Below, in pieces: positions 40,829 to 53,536 of a DNA stretch of 64,000 nucleotides. The notes beneath the pieces are model-generated. The model worked only from the letters and a program-made list of their open reading frames with translations, was not told the DNA's origin and ran no database searches. A program made the position numbers and the translations under genes. Position 1 is the first letter of the stretch, and each line of letters opens with the position of its first letter. The DNA comes from Mobula birostris (taxonomy: Eukaryota): assembly GCF_030028105.1 (NCBI RefSeq), contig NC_092378.1:8574762-8638761 (forward strand), read 5' to 3'.

Positions 40829-43299
40829 AAAAGTAGACTTTGAGCATCTATTCATATGTAACAGTACAGGCAAACCAAAATAGAAGCGAAGATTCAAATG
40901 AACTTTCACTGATAGATTTCCAAGTGTTCAACTTTGTTGAATTAAATTCTTGGGACTTTAACTTGAAGGTTTAGTTATTGCAGGTTTGGACAAATTACTT
41001 GTGATTTCTCCATTCAAGAATTTTATATGCATCACTTCCCAGTGAATTATGATCATTAGCTCCCTATCTATGACCTTATAGAGGTTTAAAATAGGGTTGG
41101 ATGGTTAGTCTATTTGCAGGGTATGAAGGTCTGAAAACTGGAGGGCGGAGGTTGAGGATGAGAGGGGAGAAATTTAATGGAGGTCTGTGCGGCAAGTTCT
41201 TCGCACAGAAGGCATGAAGATATAAAACAAGCTGCCAATCGAGATGGCAGAACAGATACATTTACAATGTTCAGAAGGTATTTGGAATGGTACTGGGATA
41301 TGAAAAGAGTAGAGGGATATGGGTAAATGAGATTTATTGAGATGGATGTCATGGTTGGCATGGATAAGTAAGACCAAAGGGTCCATTTCTTTGCTGTACA
41401 GTCTATAACTTATTGGACTCTTTTTATTATTTGCAATGGATCATTCTAGAAGATGTGCAGATGGGTCAGCAGGTTCTTTGATCACATGGGTGTAATTGGA
41501 CAGCATCAGCTTGTTGGCTGGAAGGGCCTGTTACCATGCTGAATCTCTAAATAAATAAGATCACTGAATTTCCACGAATTACAAAAGCATGGACACCACT
41601 AAGGTCCTTTGGTAGAAGAATTGACACGTATTAACGTGGGTGGCCTCCTGTTTCTAACTCAATTAAGGAAGCTTTAAGTATGCTTTGGTAAAGGCAGTGG
41701 GAGAGAGGTGCCTTATTGAGATTATCTTTCCAGTTTAATAATCTTTGTCACTTGAAGGAGCTCCGAAATCCCACATGCCCAACTTGTACGTATCATAAAT
41801 TGCCACTGCTCCTTTGCTTTTGGAACCAAGCTGGTGTCTGAAGCCAGGGAGACATGGACATTTTTTTTTTGTGTTTTACACCTGTCATCAACAGAGTAAT
41901 TAAGTCCCATCCTAATTAGGAAATTGGTATATGGACCTGTTTCCTGGGAAGCTGCAGGCAGAAGTTCCCTTCACACACAGAGGGCCTAGAGGAATGCACA
42001 ATGGTCATCAACACTGCTGGTGACAGGCCTCATGGGTACATGGATCTTCAGTCTGCTTGTCAATGGAGAATGAGGAATGAGTATGCATTTTGTAACATGT
42101 ATATTAATCCTTCAGAAAATGCATTTGTTAAAGCAAAAATATTTGCATTTTGTAACCATTTAATTTTATCATATTATTTTGTTTTGACAGAATATTTTGG
42201 TCAATGTAGCCCATTCTGTTAACTTCCTTACATTGATTCGGAAAGTAATTAAATTGCATATCCCAATGCAAATATATCTAATCTTTTTACAAAGAGTCTG
42301 TTCAACTAGCCTTGCCATTACTTATTTCAGATTCTAATACTCTGTCACTAAAACAAATGCCATCTGAACTTCATTAATTTGTGCTGTGTCATCTGGTGCA
42401 TGAATATAGTGCTTAATCAAGGATTTTCATAGATAGAAAGTCCTCACTACTGAGTCAATTTACATAAATTGTATGTTTTAGTGACAATATTTAAATATTA
42501 ATTTATTTTAAGCATAACTTTATAGGTTCCACCCATATCCCAAATGTGTGATTTGAGGTCATTTGTTCCTTGAGTAGCTGGCTTCCAAAAGAACCAGCAG
42601 AAGTTGGTGAACACGGGCGAAATGAACAAAGTAATGAGATGGACAGCAATACTCTGAAAATTGGCATAGATTTGAATGGGTGATTGACTTCAGGTCATGA
42701 GAAAATATGACTATGATGGATACAAAAATTGTGTAACAGATATAAATTAAATATTTTATTTGTAGTCAAGTCCACAATTCTGTGAAAATATCAGGGGCCA
42801 CAAAGTATTATTTAATATTTTTGTACAAGTTGACTTCATATGAATCACAAATGATGCTTGTGAAATTTGCAGTGTGTTAACATTTAAATGCTAACATCAC
42901 CACTGGTGGATTAATCCTAAATGTTAATTAAAATAGAAATCAGTATCAGATTTATTGTTACTGACAGCAGTACAGTATGATACATAAAAAATTACTGTTA
43001 AAAATAAATAAGTCATCATCATCATTATGTGCTGTGTGGTATGACGTAGACAATCAGGGCCTTTTGACCATGATTATGCTTGGCAAATTTTTCTACAGAA
43101 GTGGTTTGCTATTGCCTACTTCTGGGCAGTGTCTTTGCAAGATGGGTGACCCCAACTATTATCAATATAATCAAAGATTGTCAGCTTGGCATCAGTGGTC
43201 ACATAACCAGGACTGGTGATGTGCCCCAGCTGCTGATACAAGCATTCACCCACCTTTGGTGACATAATAAAATCTCAAATCCTGAATAAAGTAGAGCCA

Positions 43300-45470
43300 C
43301 AGTCATGCCTTCTTTGTGCTTGCATCGCTGCTTTGGGTCTGAGATATAGCCTCTGAAATGTTGACACTCAAGAATTTGAAGCTGCTCACTCCTTCCACTG
43401 CTGACCCCTCAATGAGGACTGGTGTGTGTTCCCACAATATCCCCTTTTTGACCTCCACAATATCCCCTTTTTGACCTCCACAATTAACTCCTTACTCTTG
43501 CTAATGTTGAGTACAAGGTTGTCATTATGATACCAATCACACTCCTGTATGCCTCCTTGTTGCCATCTGAGATTCTGCCAATGACAGCGGTGTCACCTGT
43601 AAATTCACAGATGGTGTTTGAGCTGTTTCTAGCCACACAGTCATGAGAGTTGAGAGAGTAGAGCAGTGGGCTAAGCATATATCTTTGAGGTGTGCCTGTG
43701 TTAACTGTCAGTAACGGTGAATGTTTTTACCAATCTGCATCTACTGTGATCTCCAATAAAGAAGTCGAGGATCCAGTTGCAGAGACCCAGGATTTGAAGC
43801 TTGTTGATTTGTACCGAGGGGATATGGCAGCATATACTACACTGAGATTTTTTTTGCAGGCATTCACAGTAAAACAAAGAAATACAATAAAACCCACACA
43901 CAAAGACTGATAAACAACCAATGTGCAAATAGAAAATAGAAACATATATTTAACAATAAATAAATAATACTGAGAACGTGAATTGTAGAATCCTTGAAAA
44001 TGAATCAATAGATTGTGGGATCAATTCATTGTTGAGGTGAGTGAAGTTATCCACACTGGTTCAGGAGCCTGATGGACGAAGAGTGAAAACTGTTCCAGAA
44101 TTGCTGTCTTACTGTTGTCTGGGTGCTCCAAAGCCAAATGGAGAGCCAGTAAGATTTTGGATCCACCTGTTGTGATGAACAAATTGCAGTGGGTTCAGGC
44201 AGCAGTGAGTTCTCGCCATGACTAACCTCTCCAAGCACTCATCGCACCAGATGTGACTGTGATCAGGCGATAGCGATTGAGGCCGCTCACCTGGCTCTGT
44301 GGCACCGGTATGATTACTGCCCTTCAGAAGCAGGTAGGATCCTCCAAGTGCAAGCTTAAAGATGTCTTTGAACACTCCAACCAGTTTGGAGATTTTCAGT
44401 ACCCTGTCAGCCCCTTGTGAGGGTTCACCTTCTTCAAGGATATTTTGACATCTATCTCTGAGACAGAGATCACACGTTGCCAGATGCATTATTCAGGCAT
44501 AATGTTATTCTCCCACTCAAAATGTGCATAACAGGCATTGAAAAGCCTCCTTGCCAATTAGACTGTCAGTTTTTGCTGTTTAGGAGGCGATGGCATAAAA
44601 ACCCTGCCACTGCTGTCGTGCATCTGTTGAGTTTCTAATTCCACATAGAATTGCCGTTTTTTTTTTTAGATTAGATTATGAGAACACTCAGTCCTCATTT
44701 ATTGTCATTTAGAAATGCATGCATTTCTCAAACGGTGGCCTTCATAGGTGGTACTTGAACTTGTAGGGATCTGAATTGCCAGTCTTGGATGTCCCACATC
44801 TATCCCTCAGCACACTACAAATTTCCTGATTCGCCCAGGGCTTCTGGTTTGGGGAAACTCAGTATGTTCTCAAGGCACACACTCATTCATGCAGGTCTTG
44901 AAGTCGGTAATGGCCGTGGTGTGTTCAAAGTAAACCTATTATCAAAGTACCTATATACAACCCTGAGATTCATTTTCTTGTGAGCATACTCAATAAATCC
45001 ATAACAGAAGAAGAACCATAATAAGATCAATGAAAGACCACACTAATATGGGCTTTCAACAAGTGTGCAATTGACAACAAACTGGGCACATACAAAATGA
45101 AAGAAATAGTAATAATAATTAATCCAGAACATGAGATGAAGAGTCCTTGAAAATTAGTCCATAGGTTGTGGGAACAGTTCAATGGTGGGGCAAGTGAAGT
45201 TGAATGAAGTTACACACACAAAATGCTGGAGGAACTCAGCAGGCCAGGCAGCATCGATGGAAATAAGTGCAGTTGACGTTTCTGGGCAAAACCCTTTAGC
45301 AGTTCTCTGTTTGAGTGAAGTTACCCTCTTTTGTTCAAGGTCATTGAGATCTGAAGATGTATCCCTGAATATGGCCCAGTCCACCGTTTTGTAAGCACTC
45401 CTCTGCCTCCGCTGACCATACCTATGAGGTCCTCATCGCTGGTGCTGCAGTCCTCTGTTTCTGCCAAATG
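43300..45470 (-). mobile_element. Old Rex1/Babar LINE broken by nested insertions
   Basis: Fragments LSPLLYSL..HDCVA (43484-43678), [13 protein letters not shown] (43701-43928), LVGVFKDIF/CLERLVMA (44109-44489) and DWAIFRDTSSDLND (45154-45384) are collinear on the minus strand. Confidence 0.75.
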
Positions 45471-46537
45471 CCAGAAGTACACTCTGCATCATCAAGATCC
45501 TAAAACTTAACTAATCAGCCTAGCAAATAAATACAAAAAAAAAACTAAAATGGCTAGACCACATGTGGAACATGGCCTGTAGTTTAAGTAACATTCACAT
45601 CTGACCTAGCAGAAACTGCACTTGTGATTGCCAACCACCTTATTTCCATATCCCACTCTGATCGCTGGCCTCCTGCATTATTACAATGAAACCCAATACA
45701 AGCTCAAATTTTGTCTGGATGTGTTACAACCTGCAGGGCTCCATATCAAATTCTCCTACCTTAGTGAATTCTGTCGTTGTTTCAGAAATTACTGTTTCTG
45801 CCTGCCACCTCTCCCTTTCTCTTTCATTAGTTTTGTTTGGCCTTCTGGGCATGTTGCAGTTAAGAGGCTATACAATATTGCCCAGATTTTAAGACCATTT
45901 CACAATATACAACATTTTACAATATTAACAACAGATTACATAGACAAAGGAGCTTAACTGTCCTTTAACAGATTACTTTACCCTATCAGAAAAAAAAATC
46001 ACTTTGTTCCGCCCCCTGCCCCCTCTCCCTCCCCATCCACTCTACTACCTGGATTGATTTATTTCCTCAAGAAACACACACACACACACAATGCTGGGTC
46101 TTAGCCCAAAATGCTGACTGTTTATTCCCCTCCATAGATGCTGCCTGACTTGTTGAGTTCATCCAGCATTTTGTGTATGTTAACTGAAGATTTCAAGCAT
46201 CGGCAGAATATTCTGTATTTAAACAGTAATTTGTTTTCTCTTTGTGTCGATATATGGTCTCAGCTGAAATATAAACACTTCTTCCCCCCCACCCCCTTCT
46301 TTATTTCCATTCCCCATTATGGCTCCCCTCTTCTCATCATCCCACCATCAACTCCTTCTGGTGCCCCCCCATTCTTCTTCAGTGGTTTATCTCTTCGACC
46401 TATTATCTTCCAGCTTCCTACTTCATCCTCCCCTTTCCCACCTACCTTCTCCCTCACCAGCTATCATCTCCCACCTTCTTATTCTGGTTTCTTCCCCCTT
46501 CCTTTCCAGACCTGATAAAGGGTCTCAGCCTGAAACT

Positions 46538-46682
46538 GAGTGGGAGGAAACCAGAGCACCCGGAGGAAACCCACGTGGTCTCGGGAAGAACGTGCAAAGT
46601 CCATACAGGCTGCAGCAGGAATTGAACCCGGGTCAGTGGTACTGTAAAGCAATGTGCTAACCACTACGCTACCATGCCACTC
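46538..46682 (-). mobile_element. V-SINE (HE1-like) 5' part
   Basis: tggcatggtagcgtagtggttagcac...cccgggttcaattcc (A/B boxes) plus the V-domain gggtttcctccgggtgctctggtttcctcccac. Confidence 0.8.
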
Positions 46683-47294
46683 CATATATTATATTCCCCT
46701 CAGTAGATGTTGTCCTGCTTGCTGAATTCCTCCAGCATTTTGTGTGTATTACTCAAGACTCCAGTATTTGCAGAATCTCTTACGTTTATAGTTGAGATAT
46801 TTGCATCATTGTTAGCAGTGGGTGATGTGCCAGAAGACTGGAGGACCGCGAACCGTGTACCTAATCTGCAAGGTCCCCCATTCTATTACACTCCCCAGTT
46901 TATTGTGAAAATGCTACCTTGATTTGACTTTCCAAAATGCAAAACCTCGCGTTTATCTGAATTAAATTCAATTAACAATTCCTCAGTTAATTTACATAGC
47001 TGATCAAAATCCCACTCTAATTTTCCAAAACCTGGCTTGGACACCATCTATTTTAATGCCATCTACAAATTTACTAATCATGCCTTGTTGTCCCATCCAT
47101 GAAAAGATTCAATGGGCCCAGTAACAACCCTTGGGATACACCACTAGTCTCAAGCTTCCAGTCCAAGAAACAACCATCTTCCCACAATCAAGCCAATTGT
47201 GTACCCAGCACTTCGTCAAATTATACTGTTAATTCTGCTGTAGGGTTCTCGACAGGAAACGTTATTACCCTCTGCATAGATGCTGCTCAACCTG

Positions 47295-47762
47295 ATATGG
47301 GGGGGGGGGGCACTGCACAGGAGCAGAAAAAGCTGCATAAAATTGTAAAAGTCATCAAGTTGTGTATGTGACTGAAGTTGTAATCTCGGCCAGCTCCACC
47401 TTGGGCACTAGCCTCCTCAGTATCCAGATAACCTCAGAAGGTGGCATCCATCATTAAGGACCCCCATCACCCAGGACTTGCCCTCTTCTCATTGCTACCA
47501 ACAGGAAAGAGGTCGACGGCACACACTCTGTGATTCAGGAACAGCTTCTTCCCCTCTGCCTGAATGGACATTGAGCCCACCAACACTTCCCTCAGTATTT
47601 CCCCTCTCTTTCTGCGCTACTTATTTAATTTTTATATATGCCTTTTGTATTATATTATTATGTATTGCATTGTACTGCTGCCGCAAAAACAACATATTTC
47701 ACGACAAACAACAGGAATTTCACGACATGTGCCGGTGATATTAAGCCTAATTCTGATTCTGT
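47295..47762 (+). mobile_element. Rex1/Babar LINE 3' end
   Basis: catccatcattaaggacccccatcacccagg...ttcaggaacagcttcttcccctctgcc...ggtgatattaagcctaattctgattctg. Confidence 0.75.
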
Positions 47763-47864
47763 GTTTCCAGCATTTTCTAGTTTTATTTCCACCATCAGTC
47801 ATGCTGCCTTACATTTGTATGCTGTGAGTTAACAAAGTCCGGAATATGAGGGTGGGAGAAATGA

Positions 47865-48170
47865 AGACGCGGAATTCAGCCGAACCGGCGACAGAGGCGG
47901 TCACCATGGAAACGGGAGGAGGGGGGCGGGACAGGGGTCGGCGCCCCATCCCCGCCCATTGGCGGTTAGCTTTTTGCCGCGCACCGTTCGGACTGTTTGT
48001 TGTCTTTTGAAGTGAGCACGGCAGTGGCCAATGGGACGCGGCGGAGCCGGTGACGACGGGAGGGCGAAACGAACGGCCGCAGAATTGGCAGCTGCAGTGG
48101 CCAATGGGACGCGGCGGAGCCGGTGACGAAGGGAGCGCGAAACGAACGGGCACAGAATTGGCAGTGGTAC
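47865..48170 (+). promoter_or_regulatory. CpG-island, cell-cycle-type promoter of the Spo12-like gene
   Basis: RFX X-box GTCACCATGGAAAC 47900-47913; GC boxes 47923-47930 and 47950-47957; CCAAT/ATTGG at 47958, 48028, 48084, 48101, 48157; E2F TTTGCCGC 47973-47980 and GCGCGAAA 48135-48142; CHR TTTGAA 48006-48011. Confidence 0.8.
48021..48166 (+). repeat. Tandem duplication, 2 x 73 bp, inside the promoter
   Basis: gcagtggccaatgggacgcggcggagccggtgacga...cagaattggcag starts at 48021 and again at 48094. Confidence 0.95.
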
Positions 48171-48210
48171 CGGTGAGAGAGGGAGAGCGCGGAGTGAAGG
48201 GGTTGCTTAG
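48167..48210 (+). other. Putative non-coding first exon of the Spo12-like gene (5' end uncertain)
   Basis: Consensus donor TAG|GTAAGT at 48210/48211, at the 3' edge of the CpG island. Confidence 0.7.
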
Positions 48211-50826
48211 GTAAGTGAAAATACCTTGCATGTGAAGCAGGTGAAATACTGCGGGTAATTACTGCCTGCAATTTCACAAAAAAAGGCTCTAAGTTGGTCC
48301 TGATGTTTGGAAGGTGATAAGTTGTTCTGCGACTTGCTGCTCCCGCTGTAAAAGTTCTTGGTGCAGATACTATTGTATTTTATTTAAAAATCCTGCAAGA
48401 GAATAAATCTCGAGGTACCATAAGGTGACATATACGTAATGCATTTACTTTTGACTTCCGCTGCTAAAACAGGTGCAATGTAAAAGCCTACAGTCCTCTC
48501 GTAGACCTGCAGCCAATTCCAGAGTTTATGCATTCTACCTTCATTTACATAACAACTAAAATAGTTTTTCCACTTAGGGGGTGTGTGACTTCAAGCGTTA
48601 ATGATTCATGTATGTGAGATGCTTGTATAATCATTTACAATGCTCTTGATAATTTATTTTGAAATTAACTGCTGTACTTTAAAACCCGAAGATGGATTCA
48701 GTGCACAAAAAAAACTAAGGGATGACTCGAAAGAGTAGAGCCAATTTGGTGATTTTTTTTTTGTTGACTGGAACTAAAACGGAATACTGGAAACACTCAA
48801 GGTCAGGCAGTCTTACTTTGATAGAATTAACATTTCAGGTCAAAGGTCCTTTATCAGATCTGAACTATCAACTTTTTTTTGCTTTCGAAAGATATTGCTT
48901 GACGCACTGTGTGTTTCCTGCAGTTGGCTGTTAATTCTGTTTTTATTTCAGCTTTCTGTTATCTGCAGTTTTCTTGGATGTTCTTTGTTAACCGTTTTCC
49001 ATCGAGGGTATGAATGAGACTGCTGCCTCGACAGTCAAATTCAATCCTAACCACTGGTGCTGTGTGGCGATGCGTGATCTCATGAATGTGTGGGCTTTCT
49101 CTGGGTGTGGTTTCTGCTAACATTCTGAAGATGTGGGTTGTTAGATAAATTAGGGCCACCGTAAATTACCCTTGGTTTGTAAGAGTGTAGTTGAATCTGG
49201 GGAGAGTTGGTTAAAGTAGGGGGAGAAATTTTTAAATGAAGTGAAATTAAAGTAGGATGTTCAGCTGTGATGGTATCAGGTTCCCTGTCTGCAAAACCTT
49301 AAACTCAAAAGATTTTAAGCCCTATCTGGTATAGATATCTATGGGCACCCTCACTCTAGAGGTTATACTGTATCCACCTACTCTTCCGGTACTAGCTTTC
49401 TTCCCTGTCTAGTCACTGCAGGGAAGGCTAGCTCTAAGTACCCACTGCTTGAGTGGAGGGTCACCCCTCCCGACGAAGGCAATATAGCCACCTAACAAGT
49501 ATTTTCAACAATGTTTATATTATTTTTATTGATACATGTGTAAATTTAGACATAGTTCTTAACACATTTAACACTCAGGATTTCTGTTTTGTGAAAGATT
49601 TGAGTCCCATAGGATTTACAAACTGCAAAGAATTTACAAACGGATACAATTATTACCAATTAAAAGAACATACCAATGAGTTGCAGTTGCGTGAGTCATC
49701 TGTTGCAGAAACTGAAGGTTGAGGAATGAATTCTGGTCTTTCTGTAATTCCCCTTATCATTCTGAACAGTCCCCAATGTTTTCTAATGTTTAGCCTGTTT
49801 TGCTACTAGATTACGTCATCTGCATGTGATGTTTTCCAGATACTTTTGCTGGGGCAAAGTAATGCTTATAGATAGTCTAAAAGCTTCTAGGGTCAATGGT
49901 GCAAATAATGTAGTTGTTCCCTGGTTTAATGTAAGCCATTTAACATTGGCCCATTGTCTTGTGTTTGGCTAAGGCACACAAGAATCCCACTTTGGAAACT
50001 TACTGGAATTAATTAAAATATTTATTTAGAAAGGCAATGATGAATTGGGGATAGTTGTGTCGACTTGCTAAGGAACTGCTGTGATTAACTAACTTTGTTG
50101 TTCCCAGCTGATGGCAAATTCACTGGGGACAGATATGCTAGCTATAGTCTATATTAAATTTGTCAAGGTTCCATATAGCAGCCTACTTTTTTTTTGTACA
50201 ATTGAACACATCATTAACAGTTAAACACTCAGCAATCTCTCTGGGAGGGGACAGAGATGGGCTGACTCCTCAACCTCGGGAGGGAGGACAATCTCATCTG
50301 GGCCGAAGTACTTCACACTCGATGACTGTGAGCCCCTTGGCCTCTCTGTTTAAGGTGCCATTTGGCCTCCCTAGTTGTCTACTGCCGCATTCCTCGATCT
50401 GGCAGGTGGTGAATGAATGAAAAGCCCACAATGATGGCAAGGGAGACACCACAGAAGAGAGCACCAGCCTTATGTTCCACATCCACCACAGGGTCTGCAG
50501 TTGTCGAACAGGTTGACCTTGCTCACGTGCCAGACACGTAGGCCGGGCTCTTGGGCTAATGAAGTGGCCTTCCTTGTGGAGGGAGTGTCCCAGGGACGGG
50601 AATTGTGTGGGATAATGGAGGGGCAGTGTGTTGGGGGAAGGAAACTAAAGAAGCTAAAATGTGGTTCTTTTTCCTTAGCTGATGTAGAGAGATTGTTTTG
50701 TATCATTTGTTTTCTATATTTATTGATATCTTCAAAGTTGTATTTATCTATAGATGCTTGTATCTAATAGTCAACCTTAAACAGATTTTTCTTTGTTTTT
50801 TTTTCCCTTTTCCTCAGATTTTTGAG

Positions 50827-50918
50827 ATGAACACAAACAAGGCCTTGACTAAACATAGTGACCCAAACCAGCAGCCACCAACTCCAAGTCTAATGAAGAG
50901 AAAACGAGCACAAGAAAA
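50827..50918 (+). CDS. Spo12-family small protein, coding exon 1 (exon starts at 50818)
   Basis: Long polypyrimidine acceptor ttttttttcccttttcctcAG|ATTTTTGAGATG; MNTNKALTKHSDPNQQPPTPSLMKRKRAQE(K); donor AA|GTAAGT, phase 2. Confidence 0.8.
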
Positions 50919-51000
50919 GTAAGTACTTTGGAAAAGAAGATAACTTGAATAGCCACACTTGGTGTTGTTTTGGTGTACTTAAATTGTTTTTCATGTCTAG

Positions 51001-51084
51001 GAAACTTTTCAGAAGCCCTACGGACAGCATGTTGTCACCATGCTCACAGAGGCTGATGAAACCAAAGCACGTCAATCCTACAGA
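51001..51084 (+). CDS. Spo12-family small protein, coding exon 2 carrying the Spo12 motif
   Basis: ttgtttttcatgtctAG|GAAACTTTTC...CCTACAGA|GTAAGT; 84 nt, phase 2-2; (K)KLFRSPTDSMLSPCSQRLMKPKHVNPT(E). Confidence 0.85.
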
Positions 51085-51354
51085 GTAAGTTTTATTATCT
51101 GCGGTTTTAATGCATCACCATTGTAAATCACAGTCACTTAATTACCTGTCCACATGTTAATTCAATACAATAAAGATGTTTTTCTAATAAACCTGCTTTC
51201 ATCACACCCCCTAAAATGGGGCTAGAGCATAATATCTGAAGAAACTGATGGGGGTAGCTTTTTTTTTTAAATTAAATAATTACGGGAATTTTTTTTAATA
51301 CAGCAATGTCACTTCGGTACAGATTGAGATACTATTAGTGGATAGTGGATACTA

Positions 51355-51830
51355 TTGAGAGAGAGGAGATTTACAAGGATATTGCCTGGATTGGAGAGTG
51401 TGCCTTATGAGAATAGGTTGAGTGAACATAGCCTTTTCTCCTTAGAGTGGCGGAGGATGAGAGGTGACCCGATAGAGGTGTATAAGATGATGAGAGGCAT
51501 CGCTCATGTGGATAGCCAGAGGCTTTTTCCCAGGGTTGAAATGGTTAACACAAGGGGACATAATTTAAAGTGCTTGGAAGTAGGTACAAGGGGGATGTCA
51601 GAGGTAAGTTTTTCACACAGAGTGGTGGGTGCATGGAATGCATTGCCAGCAAAGGTGATAGAGTGGATACAATAGGGTCTTTTAAGAGACTCTTGGATGA
51701 GTATATGGAGCTTAGAAAAATAGAGGGCTATGTGGTAGGGAAATTCTAGGCAGTTTCTAGAGTAGGTTACATGGTCGGCACAACATTGTGGGCTGAAGGG
51801 CCTGTAATGTGCTGTAGATTTCCATGTTCT
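51355..51830 (+). mobile_element. CR1-like LINE 3' end in an intron of the Spo12-like gene
   Basis: ORF RRFTRILPGLES..YENRL...EWRRMRGD.IEVYKMMRG. Confidence 0.88.
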
Positions 51831-52374
51831 CCAGAATTTTGAGTCTGACTTTCTTGTTTGTCATTTCTTTGTGATTTTGGCCTTGCAATAATTCCCATTT
51901 TCCTCATGTCACTTAAACATTAGCTGTTATTTGCAACTATCTGTTCCTGTTCCTCCCGTATTTGTATTTCATTCATCAACATGTACCAGTCTGACATTCG
52001 TACTTTGTTTTGCTCTCTCCAACATCTTTTGTTACTGTATTGTAATTAGAAATAACATGTTTAAGATAAAGTTCTTCATTCTTGGCTGCTTGATTAACAA
52101 AGTTTGCATATAGTTTAAAAAAGATACAGTTGCATATAGTTTTTAAAAAAAAGCTATATTCTCATGGACTTGATTTCCTAAAGACCCACTTGCTTTTGTT
52201 TTAAGGAAGTATCTTGGTAAAACTTATTTTGCCTCATTTTTCAGCAAGGTGCGGGAAGCAAAGTTTGCTGGCAAGCAGCAATGTACAATTCAGTCTAGTG
52301 TGCTATTAACCCAAAAATGAGCATAAACAATGTACCTGAAGAATTCTTCACTCTGATTAAGGACTTTCTCAGTA

Positions 52375-53132
52375 TAATGGACTCCGGTTAATTGGGACCA
52401 GTACATTTTGACCCAATTAATCTGCTGGCCCAATTAACTGAAGTTTCATGGAAATAGTTAAAAAGGAATAAACAAAAGATGAGCTACTATTTAACTGAGT
52501 AATAAATTATGTATTTAAATGAAATACAAATTAGAACACTACCAATACTATTAAGGTACGATAAAACTTAAATAGTTGCTAATAGTTATCGACGGAGGAA
52601 TTCATCCAGTGTTCACTGCTATTTTCTTTTGATTGCCTGTAAATGAACAAAATTAGTGCAGACACCTAGTTCAGATAATGGACGGTCTTCATACAAACTA
52701 TTGACAATTGTATCCTCCAAATCTTTAATTTCATTGTAACATCAAAGAAGATTATCGGTAACTTCAATTAATCGTAGGTCCTAACTTGTTACATTAGTGA
52801 AAGCATTTTCACTCCTGGCTGTCTCTGGCATCTTGAAATTATAGTGAGCAAAGCATTACTGAATTGTCTGAATTGCTTATCTCTTGCCAACTATCGGTGA
52901 CAAAAATCACTTTTTTGAACACAAATACATGCAATTGATGTTATTTATAAACTGTTTGTTTTAAGCGCGGTGTAGTGTCTAACAAGTGCATGCGATTGAT
53001 ACTAGATCGAAATTATTTGGCAACCGTCTCCTGTCCCAAATAAGTGGCATAGTGTCCCAAGTAAACAAAGGAAATCCCACCTATTTTCTCCATTAGTTTT
53101 TAAGGGTTGTTCCAAATAACCAAAATCTACTG
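52375..53132. mobile_element. Non-autonomous pogo/Tigger-like DNA transposon (MITE)
   Basis: Imperfect ~26 bp terminal inverted repeats (taatggactccggttaattgggacca / ttgttccaaataaccaaaatctactg), flanked by TA at 52373-52374 and 53133-53134. Confidence 0.7.
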
Positions 53133-53427
53133 TACATGTTTTAAATGCGGTTGATTTCTTGGGAAGTTCTAGTTCTATCAGAGAATTCTTGTGGTTTGTT
53201 GAGGAATTTTAGATCTTATTCCTATCTTCAGTAGTTTGGTAGGAAATGTGTCATTTCTGACTCACAATAGAAGCCAACTGAAAAATTTATTCATAAATAT
53301 GCAATTGGAATGGACACTTTGCCAATGTTAATCTTTTTCTGTTAAAACTGTCTAATTAGAATATCAAGTTGCTTGACAATGTAAATCTGGGTACACAAGT
53401 TACAACCTAATGTTTAATTGTCTACAG

Positions 53428-53536
53428 GTTTCAAAATGGCAAGATTACTGCACAACACGAATCAATTCTTGACGACAAAGAGAATAACTTCAGTACTCGG
53501 GAGCAGAGACTTTCTTTTGGAAGAAATGACAACTGA
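53428..53536 (+). CDS. Spo12-family small protein, last coding exon (KEN box, stop); total 94 aa
   Basis: ctaatgtttaattgtctacAG|GTTTCAA; (E)FQNGKITAQHESILDDKENNFSTREQRLSFGRNDN*; in frame with the preceding phase-2 exon. Confidence 0.72.

Noticed and set aside
47807-47870. Minus-strand donor AT|GTAAGG suggesting a divergent transcript from the orphan promoter
   Set aside because: No downstream minus-strand exon or ORF could be found; the flank is repeat-derived.
47809-48277. Minus-strand ORFs over the CpG island (140, 103, 67 aa)
   Set aside because: By-products of GC richness and the 73-bp duplication; no protein motifs.
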